Assembly: GCA_965208575.1 (NCBI GenBank)
Contig: CBDBOV010000006.1
Span: 1,248,001-1,312,000 of the forward strand
Direction of reading: 5' to 3'
DNA from: Spirochaetia bacterium
GTDB taxonomy: Bacteria; Spirochaetota; Spirochaetia; SZUA-6; Bin103
Length of the DNA: 64,000 nucleotides
Part shown: one piece after another, positions 38,546 to 48,178 of the stretch
Numbering within the stretch: position 1 is the stretch's first letter
Layout of the letters: every line of letters starts with the position of its first letter
Translations under genes and position numbers: made by a program
The notes under the pieces: generated by a model
The model's input: only the letters and a program-made list of their open reading frames with translations
Told to the model about the DNA's origin: nothing
Database searches by the model: none

Positions 38546-39697
38546 CTACAGTCCGGCCGGGGCGAGTCCGCCGATCGATTGGGATAGGTTGTCGGGCTGC
38601 TCCCGGCGGGTAGCGGCAGGTTCGGTGCCCGGGTTGGCGGTGGCGGGCAGCGGGGTGTCGTACTGGTAGTCCGGTTCGGTTTGCTGGCGCTTCCAGACGG
38701 CGCGCATCTCGCGCCATGCCTCGGCGAGCGTGCGCGGCTTCGGCATGTCGGCGGCGATCTCCCGGTACAGCTTGGACAGGTTGTAGCAGGGTACGCCGGC
38801 GTACATGTGGTGCTCGGTGTGCCAGTTCATGTGCCAGTAGATGAACTCCGAAAACGGGTCCAGGGTGATCGAGCGCACGCACTTGCGGAAGTCGGTGACG
38901 TTGTCGCGCAGGCCGGCGTGCATCGGCAGGCCGACGAAGTGTGCCCACCAGTTGGCGATGAACGGAAACAGCGACAGCACGATCGGCAGCACCCACAATC
39001 CGGTGGCGATCGCCACCGCGAGGATGGCGCCGTGAAACGCCAGGATGGCGCGCGCCCACCAGATCGCCTTGCGCTTCTCCTGCTGCTGGTCGGCGTACAT
39101 GGCGGTCCACCACTCGCCGCCGACCACGCCGAACGCCGCCTCCACGGTGTCGATCAGGGTCGGCAGCAGGCCGCCGTGGCCGAGGTTGCGGCGCGAGCGC
39201 CACACGTTGAAGGTGAACAGCTGCAGCAGGAGCAGGAAACGCAGCGACACGTTGGCCGGCAGCACCGCCTCGCGGTCGCCCTCCGGGTGCAGGGTGTAGC
39301 GGTGGTGATAGGTGTGGCTCACCGCGTAGTGGAACGGGTTGTCCCAGCTCGGCAGCGCGTACACGTACAGGAACAGCTTGTTCAGCCACTTGGTGCGGAA
39401 CACCGTCTTGTGGTTCAGCTCGTGGGTCGCCAGGCCGCGGAAGAAGGTGCCGATGGTGCCGTGCGCGAACAGCGCCAGCGCGAACAGGAACCAGAGCTGG
39501 TGCGCCCAGCACAGGATCACCAGCGCCGCCGTGCACGCGAACAGGGCCAGGTGCCCGCCGGCCTGAAACCAGCCCCTCGCGTCGCTGCGCCGCATCAGCT
39601 CGCGCAGCTTCGCCGGCGCCACCGGGCACCGGTACCACTGTACCCGCAGTTCCTTGCGCACTTCCGCCAGCGGCGGCCACTGATCGTTCACACCCAT
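38546..39697 (-). CDS. Fatty-acid-desaturase-family membrane di-iron enzyme
   Basis: Histidine boxes HELNH, HTYHH, HTEHH, plus transmembrane segments. Confidence 0.9.
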   Translation of the reverse strand: MGVNDQWPPLAEVRKELRVQWYRCPVAPAKLRELMRRSDARGWFQAGGHLALFACTAALVILCWAHQLWFLFALALFAHGTIGTFFRGLATHELNHKTVFRTKWLNKLFLYVYALPSWDNPFHYAVSHTYHHRYTLHPEGDREAVLPANVSLRFLLLLQLFTFNVWRSRRNLGHGGLLPTLIDTVEAAFGVVGGEWWTAMYADQQQEKRKAIWWARAILAFHGAILAVAIATGLWVLPIVLSLFPFIANWWAHFVGLPMHAGLRDNVTDFRKCVRSITLDPFSEFIYWHMNWHTEHHMYAGVPCYNLSKLYREIAADMPKPRTLAEAWREMRAVWKRQQTEPDYQYDTPLPATANPGTEPAATRREQPDNLSQSIGGLAPAGL

Positions 39698-39867
39698 ACC
39701 TGTGGCGCGATCTTATCAGGCCTCCTGCTCTTCGCGTAGCCGCCACCTCGCCTCGGCTGACCCGGCAGGCCCCGGCAGGCACGAGCAATTTCAGCGCGGC
39801 ACGGATTCGTGATACGGTGAGCGGAAGCCGCTCCGTGCGGCATGGAGCAGGCATAGGAGGTTAAGGA

Positions 39868-41898
39868 ATGAGACGGAGTGTAGTCTCCTCGCTGCTGGCC
39901 GCGTTCGCGGCCCTGCTGCTGTCGGGGGCCACCGCGTGGGCCGGCGCAACGTCCGAGCCGGAGGAACAGGCGTCAGGCACCATGGCCGCCACGGGCACGT
40001 ACAACGAAGCCCCCATGCTGGCCAAGCTGGTCGCCGCCGGCGAACTCCCACCGGTCGATGACCGGCTGCCCGAAGTACCCAAGGTGCACCACATGATCGA
40101 AAGCGTCGGCCGGTATGGCGGCGAGTTGCGCGCCTTTGCCGTGACCGACAACATCTGGGAGAACGACCTGCAGGGGCAGTTCGGATCCTCCCTGTTCCGC
40201 CGGCCGATAGACAACCCGTTCGGCGTAGAGGGCGACCTGGCGCAGGGCTACGCGATCAACGACGACCGCACCGCCATGACCATCTCTCTGCGCAAGGGAT
40301 TGAAGTGGTCTGACGGCACCCCCTACACGTCGGAGGACATCCGCTTCATGCTGGAGGATTACCGCTGGCATCCCGACCTGCGCGGCGGCTCGACCTACTA
40401 CGGCGTCGACTCGGTGGAGGTAATCGACGACTACACGATCCGCCTGCACAGCCCGGACGGGTTGGGGGACATCCCGTTGATCCTGACCGCCTGGCGCGGC
40501 GGATTCCGCATGGTCTTCACGCCGTCGGAGTACATGAAACAGTTCCACATCGACTTCAATTCCGGCGCTCAGAAGACTGCCGCCGAAAACGGCTTCGACA
40601 GTTGGACCGACTACTTTCAGAATCGCATCAACGACGCCCCCTTGCGCAACATCGACAAGCCGCAGGTCGAGCCGTGGGAGCTGACCCAGATCACCGACAC
40701 GATCAAGGTGATGGAGCGCAATCCATACTTCTGGAGGGTCGATCCCGACGGCAACCAGCTCCCCTACATCGACCGGGTCGTGATCCAGATCGTCAATCCC
40801 GAAGTCTATCAACTGAAGGTGAGCGGCGGCGATGCTTCAATCGCGTACTATCGCACCAGTCTGGACAACCTGCCCCTGTACATGGCCGGAGCCGACGCCG
40901 GCGACTACCGGACAATCCTGTACCGCAGCCACTCTACCGCATGGATGAAGTACTTCACGGTCGGCAGATTCAACAAGGATCCGGTGATCCGCGAGTTGTT
41001 CTCCGACATCGACTTCCGCCATGCACTCTCGGTGGCGCTCAACCGCGACGAGATCAACAACGTGATCTACCAGGGACTGGGCGTGCCGGGCGTGGTGGCG
41101 CCGCTGTCGAGCGTGTCGTTCTACCAGGAAGGATGGCGCACCGATTGGGCGCAGTACGATCCCGACCTCGCCAATCAACTGCTCGACAAGGTGGGACTGG
41201 ACAAGCGCGACGCGGAGGGCTTCCGGATGCTGCCCGACGGGCGCCCCTTCAACTTCGTCATCGACTACGGCGCCGACCGCTGGACCGCGGAACTGGAACT
41301 GTACGTGGAGCAGTACCGGGACGTCGGCATTCGTACCGTGATACGCCTCGGCGATGCGCGTTCGTACAGTGATCGGCGCTGGCAGGGCGAGGGCATGGGC
41401 TGGGTTCACAACAACCCGATTGTTCCGCAGGCGGGCGAGCGCCAGTTGATCGAGGACTTCTTTACCTGGGACCAGCAGTTCGATGCCTGGAAGCTGTGGA
41501 TCCAGTCGCACGCCAATGCGGTTCGTTCGACGCTTCCCGAGGGCGCCATTCTGCCCGCCGGGTGGCAACTGCTGCCGCCCGTAACGGGCTGGGAGTACGT
41601 CGGCAGCCGCGGCCGCGCCGCGGAGGAGCCGCCGCTGCACTGGAAGGAGTGGCGGGTGCTCAAGGACCGCTGGTTGAACATGGAGCACGGCTCGGACGAG
41701 TTCATCGCAGCGGCTATCGAGATCTTCAACTACGTGGTGAAGGACTTCGGCATCATCGGGGCAGTTGGCGAGGTTCCGTCGGTGATTGTTGCCAAGAACA
41801 ATCTCGGCAACGTGGTTACCGAGGACATCTGGCCGGGAACGGGGGTGGCCGATCTGCTGATGCAGTCCTGGATGGACCAGCTCTACTGGAAGCAGTAG
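39868..41898 (+). CDS. ABC transporter substrate-binding protein, family 5, cassette 4
   Basis: Signal peptide; EAPMLAKLVAAGELPPVDDRLP, KWSDG, RNPYFW.VD..GNQLPYID. Confidence 0.93.
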   Translation: MRRSVVSSLLAAFAALLLSGATAWAGATSEPEEQASGTMAATGTYNEAPMLAKLVAAGELPPVDDRLPEVPKVHHMIESVGRYGGELRAFAVTDNIWENDLQGQFGSSLFRRPIDNPFGVEGDLAQGYAINDDRTAMTISLRKGLKWSDGTPYTSEDIRFMLEDYRWHPDLRGGSTYYGVDSVEVIDDYTIRLHSPDGLGDIPLILTAWRGGFRMVFTPSEYMKQFHIDFNSGAQKTAAENGFDSWTDYFQNRINDAPLRNIDKPQVEPWELTQITDTIKVMERNPYFWRVDPDGNQLPYIDRVVIQIVNPEVYQLKVSGGDASIAYYRTSLDNLPLYMAGADAGDYRTILYRSHSTAWMKYFTVGRFNKDPVIRELFSDIDFRHALSVALNRDEINNVIYQGLGVPGVVAPLSSVSFYQEGWRTDWAQYDPDLANQLLDKVGLDKRDAEGFRMLPDGRPFNFVIDYGADRWTAELELYVEQYRDVGIRTVIRLGDARSYSDRRWQGEGMGWVHNNPIVPQAGERQLIEDFFTWDQQFDAWKLWIQSHANAVRSTLPEGAILPAGWQLLPPVTGWEYVGSRGRAAEEPPLHWKEWRVLKDRWLNMEHGSDEFIAAAIEIFNYVVKDFGIIGAVGEVPSVIVAKNNLGNVVTEDIWPGTGVADLLMQSWMDQLYWKQ

Positions 41899-41909
41899 CC
41901 GGCGCTCGG

Positions 41910-41949
41910 CGACGAGAGGAGGGCCCGGTGCGATTGCCCTCCTCTTGTC
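41910..41949. terminator. Hairpin between convergent genes
   Basis: GACGAGAGGAGGGC ... GCCCTCCTCTTGTC. Confidence 0.55.
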
Positions 41950-42069
41950 ACGGTTCGTCGGCCTCGGGGGCGTATGTACGGTGGTTTACGCCGGACGGGC
42001 TGATGTGCCGGCCCGTGTCGTGGCAAGCATGGACGACGACACTCGGTGCATCGCCGACCGGTGCACGAC

Positions 42070-43221
42070 TCACTTGTAGGGATCCGCAGCATCCCGCAGG
42101 CCGTCGCCGAGGAAGTTGAATGCAAGCACGGTGAGTACCACCAGCAGCGCCGGGATGATGAGCCACGGATACAGCGTGACCGAGCGGATGTTCTGCGCCT
42201 GCTGCAGGAGTACTCCCCAGCTCACCGCCGGCGGCCGCATCCCGATGCCCAGAAAGCTGAGTGCGGTCTCTCCCAATATCATCTGCGGTATGGCAAGGGT
42301 GATGCTCACGATCAGGTAGCTGGTGAAGGACGGCAACAGATGGCGAACCAGTATTCGAGGCTCCCCGGACCCGGCGATCTTGGCCGCCAGCACGTAGTCT
42401 TCTTCCCTGGTGGCGAGCAGCTTCCCGCGGACCACTCGTGCCAGTCCGGTCCAGCCGAAGATCGACAGGATTATGGTAATCCCGAAGTACACCTGAATGA
42501 TCGGCCATACCGGCGGCAGCGCGGCGCTCAGCGCCATCCACAACGGGATCTGCGGGATGTTCTGGAGGAACTCGATGAGTCGTTGGATGATCATGTCGGG
42601 CGCTCCGCCGAAGTAGCCTGACACTCCGCCCAGGAAACAACCCAGGATGAAACTGATCGCGATACCCACCAGGCCGACGCTCAGCGACACGCGCGTTGCG
42701 TACAGAATCCGGGACAGCACGTCCCTGCCGATGCTCTCGGTACCGAGCAGGTGGATCACGCCGGGCTCGTCCACGCCGAAGAAGTGGATGTTGCTCGGAA
42801 TGAGACCGAGCAGCTTGTAGTCCGAGCCCCGGACAAAGAAGCGTACCGGGTAGCGCTGCGACCTGTCCTCCGAAAACTCCAGGAAAAAGGTCTTCGTGCT
42901 GCGTTCGCTGGTGACAGCGTAGACGAACGGACGGTGAAGTTTCCCGGCGTGCAACAGTCGCACTCGTTGCGGCGGAAGATGGACCAGGTCGGTGTGCCGC
43001 TCGTAGATGTCGTAGGGCGACCAGAACTCCGCGAACACCGCCAGAACGACGAATGTCAGGATGACCGCGGCCCCCAGTCTGGCCAACCGGTGGCGGCGGA
43101 ACTTGCGCCAGATGAGTTGCCGTTGAGATGCGACGAAGTAAGCCTCTTCAGCTTGACTCAAGCGACCGTCCGAGGGAGTACCGCTGTCGTCAACCGATTC
43201 CCGGGAGCCGTGCCGAGTCAC
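42070..43221 (-). CDS. ABC transporter permease (long DppC-like), cassette 4
   Basis: ASQRQLIWRKF, GETALSFLG, DAADPY; paralog of 23559-24710. Confidence 0.93.
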   Translation of the reverse strand: MTRHGSRESVDDSGTPSDGRLSQAEEAYFVASQRQLIWRKFRRHRLARLGAAVILTFVVLAVFAEFWSPYDIYERHTDLVHLPPQRVRLLHAGKLHRPFVYAVTSERSTKTFFLEFSEDRSQRYPVRFFVRGSDYKLLGLIPSNIHFFGVDEPGVIHLLGTESIGRDVLSRILYATRVSLSVGLVGIAISFILGCFLGGVSGYFGGAPDMIIQRLIEFLQNIPQIPLWMALSAALPPVWPIIQVYFGITIILSIFGWTGLARVVRGKLLATREEDYVLAAKIAGSGEPRILVRHLLPSFTSYLIVSITLAIPQMILGETALSFLGIGMRPPAVSWGVLLQQAQNIRSVTLYPWLIIPALLVVLTVLAFNFLGDGLRDAADPYK

Positions 43222-44204
43222 TTTTCGAGCCTTATCCGTGGATCGACGACCGCCAGAAGGATGTCCGAGATCAGGGTCCCGATCACGCCGAGTGTGCTCA
43301 CCATGAGTACCAGGGCAGCGGCCAGATGCATGTCCTGTGCCTGCAGCGCACCGAACAGAAGGGGGCCAACGGTAGGCAGGTTGAGGACGATCGAGGTGAT
43401 GGTCGAGCCGGACACGATCGCGGGCAGCAGGTTGGAGACCTGGCTGATGATCGGGTTCAGCGCGATACGCACGGGATACTTGAAGACCAGGCGCGACTCC
43501 GGGAGGCCCTTGGCTTGCGCCGTCACCACGTAGTTCTTGGCAAGCTCGTCGAGCAGCGACGCACGCAGGACGCGGATCAGGCCCGCGGTGCCGGCGGTGC
43601 CCAGGACTACTATGGGAATGGGCAGGTGCTTGATCAGGTCCCAGACCTTGGCGATGCTCCAGGCCGACAGTTCATACTCGACCGAAAACAGCCCGCCGAC
43701 ATCCATTCCGAACGTGCTCGAGAAGAACAGCATCAGGATCATCGCGAGCAGGAAATTGGGCGTAGCCAGGCCGACGAAACCGAAAAACGTCCACAGGTAA
43801 TCGCCCACCGAGTACTGCCGGGTAGCGGAGTAGATGCCGATCGGTATCGCCATGACGTAGGTGAATACGAGGGTGGTCATGGAGATGATCACGGTGAGGG
43901 TGAGCCGGTCGCCGATCAGTTGCGAGACCGGCCGCTGGTACTCCATGCTGCGGCCGAAGTCGCCCTGCAGGATACGCCACGCCCACCGGAGGTACTGCTG
44001 ATGGAGCGGCATGTCGAGGCCGTAGCGCCTTGCCAGCAGCTCGATCAGTTCATCGGTCACCCGCTCGCCGCGCAATCTCATGTTGTCGATCATGTTGGTC
44101 ACGTAGTCGCCGGGTGGAAGCTGGATGATCACGAACGCGACCATCGAAATCGCCACCAGCACGAAGACCATGTACACCACACGGCGAACGATGTAGCTTA
44201 CCAT
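43218..44204 (-). CDS. ABC transporter permease (DppB-like), cassette 4
   Basis: IIQLPPGDY, YVVTAQAKG; paralog of 24712-25707. Confidence 0.93.
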   Translation of the reverse strand: MVSYIVRRVVYMVFVLVAISMVAFVIIQLPPGDYVTNMIDNMRLRGERVTDELIELLARRYGLDMPLHQQYLRWAWRILQGDFGRSMEYQRPVSQLIGDRLTLTVIISMTTLVFTYVMAIPIGIYSATRQYSVGDYLWTFFGFVGLATPNFLLAMILMLFFSSTFGMDVGGLFSVEYELSAWSIAKVWDLIKHLPIPIVVLGTAGTAGLIRVLRASLLDELAKNYVVTAQAKGLPESRLVFKYPVRIALNPIISQVSNLLPAIVSGSTITSIVLNLPTVGPLLFGALQAQDMHLAAALVLMVSTLGVIGTLISDILLAVVDPRIRLEK

Positions 44205-44211
44205 GTGGAGC

Positions 44212-45777
44212 TTATGGTCTTGTCGTGATGAGCGCCCGGCCCTGCGTTTGGCCGGCGCGGAATACCGCGAGATTGGTTCCGCTCGCGTCTTTTGCGACCC
44301 AGATGTGGCCGTCGAAGGTGTGCTGAGTTACCTCGGCACCCGGAGCAACGCTCCCGTAGTAGGCCTCCTTGCCTTCGAAGTCTATCCAGTAGTAGTGGAT
44401 ATCCGAGTTGGTACGATTGACGAAGACAATGGCGGTTTCGACGCGGCTTCCGGGCGATTTCAGACGCGAAAGCAGACTCGGGTCGAGTCGTTCCAGTTCC
44501 GGCGGCCCATCACCACGATCCCCGACTTGTCGCCTGGTCTCCGTGCCGGGCCCCGAGGTGACAAGCGCTCTCCCCGTTTTGCCGGACGCGCGAAACGCAG
44601 CCAGGTTCCTCCCGCTCGCATCCTTGATCAACCAGACGTGGCCCTCATAGGTTGACTGGGTCGCATAATCACCAGGACCAATTCGTCCGTAGTGGTGTTC
44701 CTCGCCCCTATCATCGATCCAATGGTAGGAGACCTCCGATCGGGTACCGTTGACCAGCATCACCGTGACTTCACGCCGGCTTTGCTCCGATCTCATCCTG
44801 GGAACCAAACCCGGTTCATGACGCCGTAAATCAGTCCACTTGCCGCCGCCATCGCTGTCCGGACTGCGTAACTCCCGATTCAACTCCGACAGTTCCATCA
44901 ACTCGGGAGGCCACTCGAACCTTGGCGAGTCCGCCGGATTGAAGCCGCGCAGATGTGCCATGTGCGTGCGCGCCGTCGCCGGAGAGTAACGCCACTCCGT
45001 GTCGCCGAATACTTCCTCCAGCAATGTGGCCAGAGCGGGGTCGTATTGCTTCAACTCGGCGCGCGTATCGACGTGGTTGTGTTCGCTGTCATGCTCGCGG
45101 TTGGTATCAAACCAGGACTGGACCCCCTCCGCCCAATACTCCTCCTTGTTGGTGGCGGCGTAGGTGTTGGTCCACAGCCCGTTCCGCAGAGCCTCGTCGT
45201 ATGCCTTCCGGAGGCGGCTCTCGAAACGTGGATCAACGGTGTTCAACCCCATTTCATGAATGGCGTGACTGAACTCATGGATCAGGATGTTTTCGGTTGC
45301 ATAGGGATCTCCCGGAAAGCTGAGCAGGTTCTCCTCGCCGCAACTAGTTGCCGGCCTGATCCGTGTAGGACCCAAGCCGCGCGCCCGGCGATCCCAATAG
45401 AAACCGGGAATGAGATCGCTGTGTTCGGGAATGTCGGTGGTCAACTCGTCATGGGCCATCACCGCAAATCGCACCCGGTTTGCTGCAAGTGCCCCGAGCA
45501 CGTCCTTGCGATGGCCGATCATCTTTCCAATGAGCCATGCCGCTTCCTTCACGGCGTATGGATCAACGCTGGCTGACGCTACGACCGGCATACCCTCCAC
45601 GTCGATCCACTGCCGGTAGAACGGGCTCAGGCCGAAGGCATTCCGGACAGAGGCCGGGGGAGGGATCGGCTCCGGAATGGCGATATCTCGTGCCGCTGCA
45701 GGTAGTTGGATGGCGCACAGAAGCACGCCGACCAGCGCAACGCGACGGTGGCACGCTTGTCTCAGGACCGCTGTCAT
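44212..45777 (-). CDS. Secreted zinc metallopeptidase with two C-terminal VHL-beta-like domains
   Basis: Signal peptide; HEFSH and YAATNKEEYWAE motifs; two repeats VN.T...(V/I).Y.WID..G.E..YG...PG....Q.T..GHxW..KD. Confidence 0.75.
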   Translation of the reverse strand: MTAVLRQACHRRVALVGVLLCAIQLPAAARDIAIPEPIPPPASVRNAFGLSPFYRQWIDVEGMPVVASASVDPYAVKEAAWLIGKMIGHRKDVLGALAANRVRFAVMAHDELTTDIPEHSDLIPGFYWDRRARGLGPTRIRPATSCGEENLLSFPGDPYATENILIHEFSHAIHEMGLNTVDPRFESRLRKAYDEALRNGLWTNTYAATNKEEYWAEGVQSWFDTNREHDSEHNHVDTRAELKQYDPALATLLEEVFGDTEWRYSPATARTHMAHLRGFNPADSPRFEWPPELMELSELNRELRSPDSDGGGKWTDLRRHEPGLVPRMRSEQSRREVTVMLVNGTRSEVSYHWIDDRGEEHHYGRIGPGDYATQSTYEGHVWLIKDASGRNLAAFRASGKTGRALVTSGPGTETRRQVGDRGDGPPELERLDPSLLSRLKSPGSRVETAIVFVNRTNSDIHYYWIDFEGKEAYYGSVAPGAEVTQHTFDGHIWVAKDASGTNLAVFRAGQTQGRALITTRP

Positions 45778-45853
45778 GGAGGTTACCCCGCGGTCATGAT
45801 ACCAGCCCGGACGCACCTCTTCCACGCCGGACTCCCTGGTTTACAATTGCGGC

Positions 45854-47446
45854 ATGATTCAGGACAGTCACCGGCCCGTCTATCACCACCTCCCGGATGA
45901 GGGCCTGCTGTGGGATCCGTGCGCGGCGGTGTTCCACGGCGAGCGCTACCACCTGTTCTACCTGCACGACTCGTGGGCGGAGGCAGGGCCGTCGAAGCGC
46001 TCCGACGGCTACAACTACAAGGCGTGGGCGCACGTGTCGAGCGAGGACCTCGTGCACTGGCGGCGCCACGCGGACGCGATCGCGCGCGGCCAGACCGGCA
46101 ACCTGTTCGATTGGAACGGCACGCCGGCGATCGTGTTTCCCCACCCCGACGGCGGCGGCGCGAGCTGCTTCGCGAGCAACCCGGAGGGTGACCTGGAGAA
46201 CTGGCGGTTCGACCCGGCCGGCGCGGCGCTGCGCCACCCGGTGCAGGGCAACTCGCTCTATCCGGGCAGCAACGACGTCACCGCCTGGCAGGAGGGCGAG
46301 TGGTGCCACGTGCTCACCGGCACCCGCGACCAGCGCCACGGCGGCGACACGCAGCACCTGTTCCGCAGCCGCAGCCCGTTCGCGCCGGGCGCGCGCCACG
46401 GCGACACGGCGGCGTGGGAGTACGTGCACCAGTTCTACCGGGCGCGGCGCGAGTGGACGGCGGCCGGGGACGACTGCGCCTGTCCCGACTTTTTCCGCAT
46501 CGGCAGCGGGGAGGCGGCCAAGTGGATGCTGCTGCACTTCTGCCACAACGCGCCGGGCGGCAGCCGCTACTACCTGGGCAGCTATCGCGACCGCCGCTTC
46601 CACCCGGAGTGCTTCGACCGCATCAACTGGCCCGGCGGCAACCTGCACGCGCCGCGCGCGATGCTCGACGGCCAAGGCCGCCGCATCCTGTTTGCCAACC
46701 TCAACGAGCGCCGCCCGCCGGACGAGCTGGTGGCCGCCGGCTGGAGCGGCTGCATGAGCCTGCCGGTGGCGCTGACGCTGGCCCCGGGCGGCGGGCGGAT
46801 ACTGTTCGCGCCGGTAGAGGAGCTGCAGGCGCTGCGCCACGAGCCGCGCGAGTGGACCGACATGGCGCTGTCAGAGGCCCGTGCTTCGGCGGATGCGAAG
46901 GCGGCGCTCCCGGAGGCCGGTGCCGCCGACGCCGGCTCGGCAGGTCCGTCGAGCGGCGCTGCCCGTACGGCCGAGGCAGAGGTGGCGCTGCCGGACGCGG
47001 GCGGCGACGCGCTGGAGATAGAGCTGCAGATCGAGGCCGGCAGCGCCGCCGCCTGCGGCGTCAAGGTGCGCTGCTCGCCTGACGGCGCCGAGGAAACCGC
47101 CATCGCCCTCAACGCCGCCGAGCGCGCGGTCGAGATCGAGTTCGGCAAGGCGAACCTGCGAAGCGACCTGGCCCTTGCCCGCTGGGACGCAAAGCTGGAA
47201 AGCCCCGTGCAGAGCGCTCCGCTGGAATTCGACCCGGTGCGGCCGGTGACCGTGCGGGTTTTCGTAGACCACTCGGTGGTGGAGGTGTTCGCCGGCGCCG
47301 GTGCCGACGCCCGCCAGTTCGAGCGTTACCTCGTGCAGCGCATCTACCCCACCCGCCCCGACGCTCTGGAAGTGAAGCTGTTCAGCCGCGGCGGCACCGC
47401 CCGTGCGCGCCGTCTGCGCACTTGGCGGATGCACCCCGCCAGATAG
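45854..47446 (+). CDS. GH32-like beta-propeller protein with degenerate catalytic motifs
   Basis: RPVYH, WDP, YHLFY, WAHVSSEDLVHW, CPDFF, WSGCMSLP, VFVDHSVVEVF, RIYP. Confidence 0.85.
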   Translation: MIQDSHRPVYHHLPDEGLLWDPCAAVFHGERYHLFYLHDSWAEAGPSKRSDGYNYKAWAHVSSEDLVHWRRHADAIARGQTGNLFDWNGTPAIVFPHPDGGGASCFASNPEGDLENWRFDPAGAALRHPVQGNSLYPGSNDVTAWQEGEWCHVLTGTRDQRHGGDTQHLFRSRSPFAPGARHGDTAAWEYVHQFYRARREWTAAGDDCACPDFFRIGSGEAAKWMLLHFCHNAPGGSRYYLGSYRDRRFHPECFDRINWPGGNLHAPRAMLDGQGRRILFANLNERRPPDELVAAGWSGCMSLPVALTLAPGGGRILFAPVEELQALRHEPREWTDMALSEARASADAKAALPEAGAADAGSAGPSSGAARTAEAEVALPDAGGDALEIELQIEAGSAAACGVKVRCSPDGAEETAIALNAAERAVEIEFGKANLRSDLALARWDAKLESPVQSAPLEFDPVRPVTVRVFVDHSVVEVFAGAGADARQFERYLVQRIYPTRPDALEVKLFSRGGTARARRLRTWRMHPAR

Positions 47447-47518
47447 CGCGACTGTTCCCAACAGCACCGGACTGGCGGGAAGAGCTGCTACTACAGAGAC
47501 GGACGTCGGAGGTCACCC

Positions 47519-47737
47519 TTGGGCAAACTGAAGCAACTGTCAGGACGGGAGGTTTGTCGAATCCTTCAAGCCCATGGGTTTGTAGAGGTCCGCCGTCGAG
47601 GCAGTCACGTGATCGTGCAGAAGCGGGAAGGGGAGGACACGGTAACCGTTCCTGTTCCTGATCACTCGGAGGTGCGTATCGGGACGCTGACGGCGATCAT
47701 CCGTCAGTCCGATGTGCCTCGTTCCGCGTTCGAGTAA
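47519..47737 (+). CDS. hicA: HicA-family mRNA interferase toxin
   Basis: SGREVCRIL...GF...RRRGSH...VPVP.H....GTL..IIRQ. Confidence 0.88.
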   Translation: MGKLKQLSGREVCRILQAHGFVEVRRRGSHVIVQKREGEDTVTVPVPDHSEVRIGTLTAIIRQSDVPRSAFE

Positions 47738-47747
47738 TCCAGGTGGG

Positions 47748-48074
47748 TCAGCGAGGGGCCGTCGCCGTCACCTTTGGCGCGCGGACCGAGACCTGAACCC
47801 GCGTCACGTAGACTTCCGAACGGAGTCGGCGCGCAATCTCGCTGTCCGAGGCCGTTTCGAAAAACAGTTCCAGCGCTTCCTGGAGGTTGGTGCGGGCCTC
47901 CTGGATCGTGTTACCCTGACTGGCTACGTCAACCTCCGGACACAGGGCCACATAACCGGTGCCCTCGCGCTCGATGATCGCGGTCAATTCCGCGGGACCG
48001 TCGCGCCCGCCACCAGGTTCTGCCTTCGTAGCTTGGCCCGACACGGGCGCGTGCGTTGAACGAACTGGCACCAT
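47748..48074 (-). CDS. hicB: HicB-family antitoxin (short form; start uncertain)
   Basis: LTAIIEREG.GYVALCPEVDVASQG.TIQEARTNL.EALELF. Confidence 0.8.
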   Translation of the reverse strand: MVPVRSTHAPVSGQATKAEPGGGRDGPAELTAIIEREGTGYVALCPEVDVASQGNTIQEARTNLQEALELFFETASDSEIARRLRSEVYVTRVQVSVRAPKVTATAPR

Positions 48075-48178
48075 GACAGGAGTATCGCTGACAATGCGAG
48101 GTGCAGCAACAGCTACAGCGCCTCACCTCTGTGATAAACCTTATGAGAACCCGTTACTGAAAGCGTTGCTGCGCGCGC

